DNA from: Candidatus Methylomirabilia bacterium
GTDB taxonomy: Bacteria; Methylomirabilota; Methylomirabilia; Rokubacteriales; CSP1-6
DNA: 14,160 nucleotides
Assembly (NCBI GenBank): GCA_041496385.1
Contig: JBGQEL010000114.1
Location: 1 to 14,160, forward strand
Direction: 5' to 3'
Both the position numbers and the translations under genes were made by a program. The notes under the pieces were generated by a model. That model made no database searches, was not told where the DNA came from, and was given only the letters and a program-made list of their open reading frames with translations. Positions 1-7,666 of the stretch are shown here, one piece after another (within the stretch, counting starts at the first letter, position 1; the number at the start of each line of letters is the position of its first letter).

Positions 1-2
1 TC

Positions 3-392
3 GACGGTGAGGCCGTCGAGCAGCACGTGGGCAAGGTGCTGGGCGAGCGCGAGACGCTCTGGGTGCTGAACCATCCCGCCCGCTACAAGCTCTCGATCGG
101 CGACACGATCGAGCGCGCCCGACGCATCGGCCGCGACGGCGCGCCGCTCGACGCCGTTGAGGTGACGGACACGGGTCACCACCGGCCGCTCTATGCGTCG
201 GGCGAGATCCCGCTCGTGAAGGTCGCGACGGACGACGCGCATCGGCCCGTGCACTTCGGGCGCGCGTGGATCGAGGTCGACGCCCCGCGCGACCGCGACG
301 CCATCATCCGCGCGATCCGGGCGGGCGACTTCAGGCTGGGCTTCGCGTCTCCGGAGGAGCCGGGTTCGGTTCCGGAGAAGCAGCCGGGTTAG
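3..392 (+). CDS. PHP-family metal-dependent phosphoesterase, C-terminal part (5'-truncated by the window)
   Basis: The frame is open from position 3 (DGEAVEQHVGKVLG...), so GTG27 is probably internal. It has PHP-type motifs WVLNHP, AVEV and ATDDAH (cf. GSDAH), then FGRAWIEV...AIIRAIRAG, typical of PHP C-termini. TAG at 390-392. Confidence 0.7.
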   Translation, partial: DGEAVEQHVGKVLGERETLWVLNHPARYKLSIGDTIERARRIGRDGAPLDAVEVTDTGHHRPLYASGEIPLVKVATDDAHRPVHFGRAWIEVDAPRDRDAIIRAIRAGDFRLGFASPEEPGSVPEKQPG

Positions 393-400
393 GCCGGACG

Positions 401-3400
401 ATGGCCAAGGCGCGCCGCCCTGGTCGATCGCGCAAGCCCCAGGGGCGCGTTTTGCCCGCGCCGCTCCGGCTCGTCGCGGCGCGGGCGCGGTCGATGACGA
501 GCGCGCTCGAGCTGGCGGTCGTCCTCGACGAGGTCACGCGCGCCGTCATGTCGCTCCGGCGCGGGCTTCGCTGCTTCGTCCGTCTCGTGGACCCCGCGGC
601 GGGCGGGTACAGGCTCGCCGCCAGCTCGGGTGCTCCCAGCACCCACCCGGAGGTGTTGCGGTTCGGGGAAGGCCTGACGCACGTCGTGGCCGAGCGCCGC
701 CGGCCCCTTCTCGTGAAGGGGGTGCTCCGCGACCCGCGGACGGCGCTCCGGTCCTGGGCCCGCTCGGGCGGCTTCGATACGTTCTACGGCGTGCCGATCG
801 ACGCCGGTGGCGAGCTGCTCGGCGTCCTCAGCGTGACCTTCGTCCGCGGCCAGCCGCCCACGCGCGCGGAGCAGGAGCTGATCGGACTGCTGGCGGACCA
901 CGCCGGGGTCGCGATCCGGAACGCGCGGCTGTTCGCGGAGAGCGAGGCGCGCCGCCGTGCGGCCGAGGCGCTCGCGAGCGTCAGCCGCCTGGTCTCCGAA
1001 ACGCTGGACGTGACGGCGGTGGCCCGGCGAATCGCCGAGGGGCTGGTCGCGCTCTTCGACGCCGTGTCGGCCGGTGTCTTTCGTCTCGAGCGAAGCACCA
1101 GCAGCGTCGTGCTCGTCGCCCTGGGCGGCGCGGTGGAGGCGCCCTGGCCAGAGGGCACGGTCGTCGGTAGCGGGGAGGGTCTGATCGGGCTCGCGCTGCG
1201 AGACCGGCTGGTGGTCGCTTCGCCCGACATCTTCGAGGACGCGCGGGTGACGTTCAGTCCCGAGGTACGCAGGCTGGCGGAGGGGCTGACTCACCGCGCC
1301 GCGCTCGCCGTGCCCCTCGTGGTCAAGGACGACGTCGTCGGCGTCCTCGCCGTGGGCGACCGGCGCGGCCGCGTCTTTTCCGCCGAGGACGTGCGGCTGG
1401 CCGAGGCCTTTGCCGCGCAGGCGGCGGTGGCCCTCGAGAATGCGCGCCTGTTCGCCGAGACCGAGGGGCGCCGTCGTACGGCGGAGACGCTGGTCGACGT
1501 CGCCCGGCTCGTCTCCGAAACGCTCGATCCGGAAGCCGTCGCCCGGCGGATCGCCGACGGCCTGCTGCCCTTCTTCGGGGCGCAGGTGGCCATGGTGTTC
1601 GGCCTCGACCCGTCGTCGGGCGATTTCGTCCGGCTGGCGCTCGCGGGGGACGCCGGCGCGCTGCGCGACCTGAGCGTGTTCCCCAGGGATGCGGGCCTCA
1701 TCGGGCTCGCGGCCCGCGAGCGGAGGCCGCTCGCGAGCCCGAACGTGCTGGCGGACCCGCGCGTGAGCTATCCGGCCGAAGGGCGTGCCCTGGCCGAGGG
1801 AGCCATCCATCGGGCGCTGCTGGCCGTGCCGCTCGTCGTCCGCGGTCGCGTCATCGGCGCGCTCGCCGTGGGAGATCGTGCCGGCCGCGTCTTCACCACC
1901 GAGGACATCGGGCTGGCCGAGGCGCTGGCCAGCCAGGTCGCGATCGCGATCAGCAACGCGCGTCTCCACGAGTCGGCGCGCGAGCGCGGCGAGCAGCTCG
2001 CCGCCCTGCTCCGGGCCACCGGCACCGTCATGGCGGGTCTCGACCTCGAGGCTACGCTCACGCGGATCATCGGCGAGGCCTCCAGCATGGCGGGCACGTC
2101 CCACGTGAAGCTCTTGCTCGTGGAGGGCGGGACGGGAGCGCTCAGGGTCGCAGCGGCGCACGGCACGGCCTCCCGGGTCGGGGAAACGATGGCCCCCGGC
2201 GAGGGGCTCTCGGGCATCGTCGCGGCCACCGGCGAGCGCCTCTTCAGCGCTGACACCCAGAACGATCCGCGGAACCTGCTCGCGGCGCAGGACCGCGCCA
2301 ACGGCATCGTGACGTACCTCGGCCTCCCCATCCGCCTGGGTGGCCGGGTGATCGGCGTGCTGACGTTCAACACGAACGCGGCTCGCCGCTACGGGGAGGA
2401 GGAGCTCGAGTATCTTCAGTCCTTCGCCGATCACGCGGCGATCGCCATCGGCAACGCCCAGCAGCTCGCGCGCGAGCTGGAGGCGCATGCCCTGTCCGAG
2501 CGGCTCCTGGCCGAGCGCGTCGAGCTGGCCGATCGGCTACAGCGGATCCTCGCCGCGATGCCCGCGGGGTGCGTGCTGTACGACGCAGATCTGCGGATCA
2601 CCTACTGGAACCCCGCGGCGGAGCGGATGTTCGGCTTCTCGCTCGACGAGGTGCGCGGGCGGCGTTCGTGGGACACGATCACGTCGCCCGGCTCGAGGGC
2701 CGAGGTGGCCGAGAGGTTCCGGCGGATCTCCGCCGGCGAGGACCTCGTATCGGGGCTCAACGAGAACCGGACGCGCGACGGACGCACGATCCTCTGCGAA
2801 TGGCAGAACACCGCGCTCCGCGCTCCGGACGGGACTTTCATGGGCATCGTCTCGATGTGCGAGGACGTGACGGAGCGCGCCCGGATGGAGGAGGCGCTGA
2901 GCCGCAGCGAGCAGCGCTATCGCGCCATCGTGGAGGGCTCGGTCCAGGCGATGCTCATCCACGTGAACGGCGTGGTCCGCTTCGCCAACGGCGCGCTGGC
3001 ACGGCTGGTCGGCCACGACGATCCGGCCGATCTGGTCGACCACAGCGAGCGGGAGTTCATCGCGCCCGACGACCTGCCGAAGCTCGCCGCGTACCGCGAG
3101 GCCCGGCTCCGGGGCGAGCGCGTGCCCGGGCGGTACGAGCTCCGGGCGGTCCGCCGCGACGGCTCGCTGGTCCCGATCGACTGCGTGGTGTCGCAGGTGA
3201 CGTGGGAGGGGGCACCCGGCACGCTCGTGACGATGGTCGACATCACCGAGCGCAAGGCGCTCGAGGAGCAGCTCCGTCAGTCGCAGAAGATGGAGGCCAT
3301 CGGGCGACTCGCCGGCGGTGTCGCGCACGACTTCAACAATCTCCTGACGGTGATCGGTGGCCGGGCCCATCTGCTGCTGAACCGGCTCCCGGCGGGCCCG

Positions 3401-4435
3401 TCCCCCGCGCGGCGTGACGTCGAGCTGATCGGCAAGACCGCGGACCGCGCGACGGGTCTCACGCGCCAGCTCCTCGCGTTCGCCCGCCGGCAGACGCTCC
3501 AGCCGACGGTGCTCGATCTGAACGAGCTGGTCGAGAGCATGGCGCCGATGCTGCGCGGGCTGCTGGGCGAGGACGTCGAGCTGGCGGTGCTCGCCGCGCC
3601 GGCGCTCGACCGTGTCCGCGCGGATCGCGGCCAGGTCGAGCAGGTGATCATGAACCTCGCGGTCAACGCGCGCGACGCGATGCCGCGCGGCGGGCGGCTG
3701 AGCCTCGAGACCGAGAACGTGGTGCTCGACGCCGAGTACGCGCGCCGCCACGCGGAGGTGACGCCGGGTCCCCACGTACTGCTCGCGGTCGCGGACACGG
3801 GTGTGGGGATGGACCAGGCGACGCTCGGCCACGCGTTCGAGCCGTTCTTCACCACCAAGGAGAAGGGGCGTGGCACGGGGCTCGGGCTGGCGACCGTGTA
3901 CGGCATCGTCCAGCAGAGCAGCGGCCACGTCTGGGCCTACAGCGAGGTGGGCGTCGGTACGACGTTCAAGATCTACCTGCCACGCGTCGTCGACGCGGCT
4001 GTCCCGCGCGAGGGCGCGGGCGCCGAGACTCCACAGGGCGGGATGGAGACGATCCTCCTCGTGGAGGACGACGACGATGTGCGCCAGCTGTCGCACGAGA
4101 TCCTCGCGGGGTTCGGCTACACGGTGCTCGACGCGCCAAACGGTGGGGAAGCCCTCCGCGTAGGTGAGACCCACGCGGAGCCGATCCACCTGCTCGTGAC
4201 CGACGTGATCATGCCGGGCATGAACGGACGCGACCTCGCGGAGATGTTCCAGGCGCTGCATCCCGAGACGCGCGTGATCTTCGCCTCCGGTTACACGGAC
4301 GACGCGATCGTCCGCCACGGGGTGCTCGAGCCCGGCGTGGACTTCGTGCAGAAGCCGTTCGCGCCCGATGCCCTGGGGCGCAAGGTCCGTGAGGTGCTCG
4401 ATCGGCCCCGCGGGACCCGGATCGGCCCGGGGTGA
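401..4435 (+). CDS. Soluble hybrid sensor histidine kinase/response regulator (4 GAF, 2 PAS, HisKA, HATPase_c, REC; CckA-like output module)
   Basis: Four GAF units end in AxAI/LxNA(R/Q) helices. PAS motifs YWNPAAERMFG...EDVTER and FANGAL...VDITERK. H-box GRLAGGVAHDFNNLL (His codon 3326-3328), N-box QVIMNLAVNARDAM, G1 DTGVGM, F-box FEPFFTTK, G2 GTGLGL. Receiver ILLVEDD...LLVTDVIMP (Asp codon 4202-4204)...SGY...QKPF. ATG401 lies 8 nt after the upstream stop; ATG494 is an alternative start. No obvious TM helix. Confidence 0.93.
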   Translation: MAKARRPGRSRKPQGRVLPAPLRLVAARARSMTSALELAVVLDEVTRAVMSLRRGLRCFVRLVDPAAGGYRLAASSGAPSTHPEVLRFGEGLTHVVAERRRPLLVKGVLRDPRTALRSWARSGGFDTFYGVPIDAGGELLGVLSVTFVRGQPPTRAEQELIGLLADHAGVAIRNARLFAESEARRRAAEALASVSRLVSETLDVTAVARRIAEGLVALFDAVSAGVFRLERSTSSVVLVALGGAVEAPWPEGTVVGSGEGLIGLALRDRLVVASPDIFEDARVTFSPEVRRLAEGLTHRAALAVPLVVKDDVVGVLAVGDRRGRVFSAEDVRLAEAFAAQAAVALENARLFAETEGRRRTAETLVDVARLVSETLDPEAVARRIADGLLPFFGAQVAMVFGLDPSSGDFVRLALAGDAGALRDLSVFPRDAGLIGLAARERRPLASPNVLADPRVSYPAEGRALAEGAIHRALLAVPLVVRGRVIGALAVGDRAGRVFTTEDIGLAEALASQVAIAISNARLHESARERGEQLAALLRATGTVMAGLDLEATLTRIIGEASSMAGTSHVKLLLVEGGTGALRVAAAHGTASRVGETMAPGEGLSGIVAATGERLFSADTQNDPRNLLAAQDRANGIVTYLGLPIRLGGRVIGVLTFNTNAARRYGEEELEYLQSFADHAAIAIGNAQQLARELEAHALSERLLAERVELADRLQRILAAMPAGCVLYDADLRITYWNPAAERMFGFSLDEVRGRRSWDTITSPGSRAEVAERFRRISAGEDLVSGLNENRTRDGRTILCEWQNTALRAPDGTFMGIVSMCEDVTERARMEEALSRSEQRYRAIVEGSVQAMLIHVNGVVRFANGALARLVGHDDPADLVDHSEREFIAPDDLPKLAAYREARLRGERVPGRYELRAVRRDGSLVPIDCVVSQVTWEGAPGTLVTMVDITERKALEEQLRQSQKMEAIGRLAGGVAHDFNNLLTVIGGRAHLLLNRLPAGPSPARRDVELIGKTADRATGLTRQLLAFARRQTLQPTVLDLNELVESMAPMLRGLLGEDVELAVLAAPALDRVRADRGQVEQVIMNLAVNARDAMPRGGRLSLETENVVLDAEYARRHAEVTPGPHVLLAVADTGVGMDQATLGHAFEPFFTTKEKGRGTGLGLATVYGIVQQSSGHVWAYSEVGVGTTFKIYLPRVVDAAVPREGAGAETPQGGMETILLVEDDDDVRQLSHEILAGFGYTVLDAPNGGEALRVGETHAEPIHLLVTDVIMPGMNGRDLAEMFQALHPETRVIFASGYTDDAIVRHGVLEPGVDFVQKPFAPDALGRKVREVLDRPRGTRIGPG
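920..1954 (+). repeat. Intragenic tandem duplication of a GAF module (920-1438 and 1439-1954)
   Basis: Units of 173 and 172 codons share NARLFAE.E.RRR.AE.L..V.RLVSETLD..AVARRIA.GL, GLIGLA, LAEG..HRA.LAVPLVV and LAVGDR.GRVF..ED..LAEA; about 55% aa identity by hand alignment. Confidence 0.9.
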
Positions 4436-4441
4436 CGGTTG

Positions 4442-4450
4442 TGGTAGCCT
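4442..4450 (+). promoter_or_regulatory. Putative extended -10 promoter element for mqnD (TGGTAGCCT)
   Basis: TGn-TAnnnT just after the kinase stop and upstream of the RBS GGAGAGG (4465-4471). The same motif recurs before other units. Confidence 0.45.
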
Positions 4451-4477
4451 TGGCGCTCGAGAATGGAGAGGCGCCCG

Positions 4478-5305
4478 ATGCAGACCATACGGATCGGCCA
4501 CAGTCCCGACCCCGACGACGCCTTCATGTTCTACGCGCTCACGGCGGGGAAGGTGGCGATCCCAGGCGTCCGGATCGAGCACGTGCTCGAGGACATCGAG
4601 TCCCTCAATCGCCGGGCCCGGACGGCCGAGCTCGAGGTCACCGCCGTGTCGTTCGCGACCTATCTCCTCATCGCCGAGCGCTACCGGATGATGGATCCGG
4701 GCGCCTCGATGGGGAAGGGCTACGGCCCGATCCTCGTCGCGCGCGAGCCCCTGGACCCGCGTGAGCTGCCCGAGCGCGTCGTCGCGATCCCGGGCAAGCA
4801 CACGACCGCGGCGCTGCTCCTGCGCCTCTACGTCGGCGATCCACCCCTGATCGAGGTCGCGTTCGACAAGATCCCGCAGGCCGTCCTCGAGGGTCAGGCC
4901 GACGTCGGCCTGCTGATTCACGAGGGCCAGATCACGCATCGGCAGATGGGGCTCGTGAAGGTGCTCGACCTCGGGGAGGTGTGGCAGCGCGAGACGCCGC
5001 TGCCGCTCCCGCTGGGCGTCAACGTGATGCGACGCGATCTCGGCGAGCCGCTCCACCGCCAGCTCTCGCAGGCGCTCCGCGACTCGATCGCCTGGGCGCA
5101 CGCCCACGTGGACGAGGCGCTCGAGTACGCGATGCGCTACGGCCGGGGCATCGACAAGGAGACGTGCCGGAAGTTCGTCCTGATGTACGTCAACGACTAC
5201 ACGCTCGCGCTCGGGCACGACGGGCGGGCGGCGATCGAGCGCCTCTTCGGCCTTGCCCAGCAGCGCGGCCTCATCCCCGTCGTCCCGCCGATCGACCCGA
5301 TCTAG
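4478..5305 (+). CDS. mqnD: 1,4-dihydroxy-6-naphthoate synthase (futalosine pathway), MqnA/MqnD family
   Basis: N-terminal IRIGHSPDPDDAFMFYAL, EDIESLN, GASMGKGYGP, AIPGKHTTA, catalytic-His motif LLIHEGQ, PLPLG, MYVNDYT. RBS GGAGAGG 6 nt before ATG4478 (preferred over ATG4463). Adjacent to mqnC/mqnE. Confidence 0.92.
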   Translation: MQTIRIGHSPDPDDAFMFYALTAGKVAIPGVRIEHVLEDIESLNRRARTAELEVTAVSFATYLLIAERYRMMDPGASMGKGYGPILVAREPLDPRELPERVVAIPGKHTTAALLLRLYVGDPPLIEVAFDKIPQAVLEGQADVGLLIHEGQITHRQMGLVKVLDLGEVWQRETPLPLPLGVNVMRRDLGEPLHRQLSQALRDSIAWAHAHVDEALEYAMRYGRGIDKETCRKFVLMYVNDYTLALGHDGRAAIERLFGLAQQRGLIPVVPPIDPI

Positions 5306-5308
5306 CGC

Positions 5309-6382
5309 CTACCAGGCACGAATCGCCGCGTACTCGGTCGTGCGCTGGACGGGCGTGAAGCCCGTCTCGCGGATCAGCGCCACGATCTCCTCGACGGTGA
5401 TCGTGTTCACGTAGTCGGCGGCCCTGTGGACGTTCTCCTCGAAGAGCGTGCCGCCCCAGTCGTCGGCGCCGAACTGGAGCGCGATCTGGCCCACGCGCTT
5501 CCCCTCCGAGAACCAGGACGCCTGGACGTGGGGGAAGTTGTCGAGGTAGAGCCGCGAGGCCGCGAGCATCCGCAGATAGGCGTTCGGGCCCTTGTACTGC
5601 TTGATCCACTTCTCCAGGAGCGTGTTGCCCGGCTTGAACGACCAGGGGACGAACGCGGTGAAGCCGCCGTGCTCGTCCTGGAGCTCTCGGATCGCGTCGA
5701 AGTGGTCGAGGACGTCGTCGGGCCCCTCGACGTGGCCGTACATCATGGTGGCCGTCGACTTGAAGCCGCGCCGGTGGGCCTCGCGATGGACCTCGAGCCA
5801 GGCGCCGGGTCCGCCCTTCTTCGGCTCGATGCGCCTGCGCACGCGCTCGGAGAGCACCTCGGCGCCGCCGCCGGGGAGCGTCCGCTGCCCCGCGGCGTGG
5901 AAGCGGTCGAGGACGTCACCCACGCTGAGGCCGCTCACCGTCGCGACGGTCTGGATCTCGGAGGCGGTGAAGAAATGCGGCGTCACCTGCGGGAAGCGCC
6001 GGCGCGTCTCGCTCACCAGGGTCGTGTAGTACTCGAGGGGCAGGGCCGGATTGTGGCCGCCCTGGAGCAGCACCGTGGTCGCGCCCTTGGCCGCCGCGAG
6101 CTCGATCTTCTGGAGCACCTCGTCCACCGTGAGCGTCCAGGCCTCGGGATCGCCGGGCTTGCGGTAGAAGGCGCAGAACTGGCAGTCGGTGATGCAGACG
6201 TTGGTGTAGTTGGGGTTCGAGTCGATGACGAACGTGACGGCGCGGTCGGGGAGGCGCAGGAAGCGGACCTCCTGGGCGAGGGCGCCCACCTCGAGGAGCG
6301 GCGCCTCGGTGAGGAGCCAGCGGCCTTCCTCGCGGTCCAGGCGCTTGCCGTTCATGACCTTCTCGCGGAGCGTGTCGATCAC
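5309..6382 (-). CDS. mqnC: Cyclic dehypoxanthine futalosine synthase (radical SAM, CofH/MqnC family)
   Basis: NYTNVCITDCQFCAFYR (CxxxCxxC), LLQGGHNP, LPGGGAEVL, TATMMYGH, FTAFVPWSF, DNFPHVQASW, QFGADDWGGTLFEENVHRAA. The QASW and EENV motifs distinguish MqnC from MqnE. GTG start 4 nt after the mqnE stop. Confidence 0.9.
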   Translation of the reverse strand: MIDTLREKVMNGKRLDREEGRWLLTEAPLLEVGALAQEVRFLRLPDRAVTFVIDSNPNYTNVCITDCQFCAFYRKPGDPEAWTLTVDEVLQKIELAAAKGATTVLLQGGHNPALPLEYYTTLVSETRRRFPQVTPHFFTASEIQTVATVSGLSVGDVLDRFHAAGQRTLPGGGAEVLSERVRRRIEPKKGGPGAWLEVHREAHRRGFKSTATMMYGHVEGPDDVLDHFDAIRELQDEHGGFTAFVPWSFKPGNTLLEKWIKQYKGPNAYLRMLAASRLYLDNFPHVQASWFSEGKRVGQIALQFGADDWGGTLFEENVHRAADYVNTITVEEIVALIRETGFTPVQRTTEYAAIRAW

Positions 6383-6386
6383 GGGG

Positions 6387-7484
6387 TCACGCCGCGACGC
6401 CCGCGGGCTGCCATACCTTGACGACGTTGTAGAGCGCGTCGCGCTCGACCGGGATCTTGCCGGCGTCTCTGATCATGCGGAAGAGCTGCTCGCGCGCCAG
6501 GCCCGCGGGGGTCTGCGCGCCGGCCATGTGCTGGACGCGCTCGTCCTCGAGGGTGCCGTTGACGTCGTCGGCGCCGAAGTGCAGGGCGACCGACGCCGTC
6601 TCCTCGCCGAGAAGGACCCAGTACGCCTCGACGTGCGGGAAGTTGTCGAGGAGCAGACGCGCCGTCGCGATGGTGCGGAGGTTGTCCGCCGGAGGCGTCG
6701 GCCGCGGCACGAGCTTCGTCGTCCCCACCTGGTACGGCAGCGGGATGAACGTGAGGAACCCGCCCGAGGCGTCCTGCTGCGCGCGCAGCCGCAGCAGGTG
6801 GTCCACGCGCTCGGCCAGGGTTTCGACGTGGCCGTAGAGCATCGTCGCGTTGGTCCGGATGCCGAGCGAGTGGGCCAAGCCGTGGATCTCGCACCAGCGC
6901 TCGGCATCGGCTTTGCCCGTGTACTTGAGGATCTTCGCCACGCGCGGCGAGAAGATCTCGGCCCCGCCGCCGGGCATGGTCTGGAGCCCCGCCCCCTTGA
7001 GGCGCGTGAGGACCTCGCGCGGCTCCAGCTTCCAGCGCTTGCAGAAGTAGTCGATCTCGGCCGCCGTGAACGCCTTGATCTGGACCTCGGGCCGCGCGGC
7101 GTGGAGCGCCGCGATCACGCGCTCGTAATACTCGAAGGGCCAGTCGGGGTGGTGGCCGCCCACGATGTGGACCTCGCGGACCTCCTCGCTCACCATGCCG
7201 ACGATGTCCTCGATCGTGTACTCGAAGGCGCCGGCCTCGCCCTTCTTCCGGGCGAAGCCGCAGAAGGCGCAGGAAAGCACGCAGACGTTCGTCGGTGAGA
7301 TGTAGCGGTTGATGACGAAGTAGACGCGGTCGCCCTCGCGCTGCGACTTGGCGTGGTCGGCCATGCGACCCACGCCGAGGAGATCGCCGGTCTCGAAGAG
7401 GAGCAGCCCGTCGTCGCGGGTGAGACGCTGGCGGGCCTGGACCTTGTCCCAGAGGGGCGCCAGGCGCGAGTCCGTGAAATGCAC
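6387..7484 (-). CDS. mqnE: Aminofutalosine synthase (aminodeoxyfutalosine synthase; radical SAM)
   Basis: PTNVCVLSCAFCGF (CxxxCxxC), EVHIVGGHHP, IKAFTAAEI, MPGGGAEIF, NATMLYGHVE, FIPLPYQ, DNFPHVEAYW, FGADDVNGT..ERVQHMAGA. Start reassigned to GTG7484, with RBS GGAGGT at 7496-7491 (6 nt spacer). Confidence 0.9.
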   Translation of the reverse strand: MHFTDSRLAPLWDKVQARQRLTRDDGLLLFETGDLLGVGRMADHAKSQREGDRVYFVINRYISPTNVCVLSCAFCGFARKKGEAGAFEYTIEDIVGMVSEEVREVHIVGGHHPDWPFEYYERVIAALHAARPEVQIKAFTAAEIDYFCKRWKLEPREVLTRLKGAGLQTMPGGGAEIFSPRVAKILKYTGKADAERWCEIHGLAHSLGIRTNATMLYGHVETLAERVDHLLRLRAQQDASGGFLTFIPLPYQVGTTKLVPRPTPPADNLRTIATARLLLDNFPHVEAYWVLLGEETASVALHFGADDVNGTLEDERVQHMAGAQTPAGLAREQLFRMIRDAGKIPVERDALYNVVKVWQPAGVAA

Positions 7485-7549
7485 GTCTACACCTCCAGGG
7501 TCGAGCGTCGGCCTCACGCGAGCCGGTTGCGGGCCGACCGATCGCCCGG

Positions 7550-7579
7550 ATTATAGGCAGGAGCGCCGACGGGTGTCGA
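7550..7579 (-). promoter_or_regulatory. Putative sigma70-type promoter for mqnE-mqnC
   Basis: Minus strand TCGACA (7579-7574), 18 nt spacer, then perfect TATAAT (7555-7550), which is conspicuous in this GC-rich DNA. Confidence 0.7.
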
Positions 7580-7631
7580 CGTTTTCCCGCGCGCGGGTCC
7601 CGTGATCTCGCGACGTGGGCTCAGCGCGGCG

Positions 7632-7660
7632 TGGACACGGCGCGACGGTTCTGCTAGAAC
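7632..7660 (+). promoter_or_regulatory. Putative sigma70-type promoter for the methionine synthase-like gene (leaderless)
   Basis: TGGACA (7632-7637), 17 nt spacer, TAGAAC (7655-7660) with extended TG at 7652-7653. The ATG follows after 6 nt and there is no Shine-Dalgarno. Confidence 0.6.
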
Positions 7661-7666
7661 GGCCCC

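Noticed and set aside
266..400. N-terminal extension of the kinase from the ORF-track start at 266
   Set aside because: Overlaps the PHP gene by 127 nt and is low-complexity; ATG401 just after the PHP stop is more plausible.
389..5218. Long minus-strand ORFs (699 aa at 389-2488; 893 aa at 2537-5218)
   Set aside because: Antisense shadows of the kinase and mqnD caused by stop-codon scarcity in high-GC DNA; Arg/His-rich with no recognisable motifs.
4478..5305. MqnA assignment (same protein family as MqnD)
   Set aside because: Lacks the MqnA YxNxxP and IGD motifs; has the MqnD SPDxDD and IHE motifs.
5309..7484. Possible F420 biosynthesis (CofG/CofH) assignment for the two radical-SAM genes
   Set aside because: Motifs (HIVGG/KAFTAAEI; FVPWSF/QASW/EENV) and adjacency to mqnD fit MqnE and MqnC.
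7485..7545. Hairpin GTCGGCC...GGCCGAC (7507-7538) in the mqnE leader as a possible riboswitch
   Set aside because: Only a 7-bp GC stem, does not sequester the RBS, and shows no recognisable aptamer consensus; an Rfam scan would be needed to revive it.
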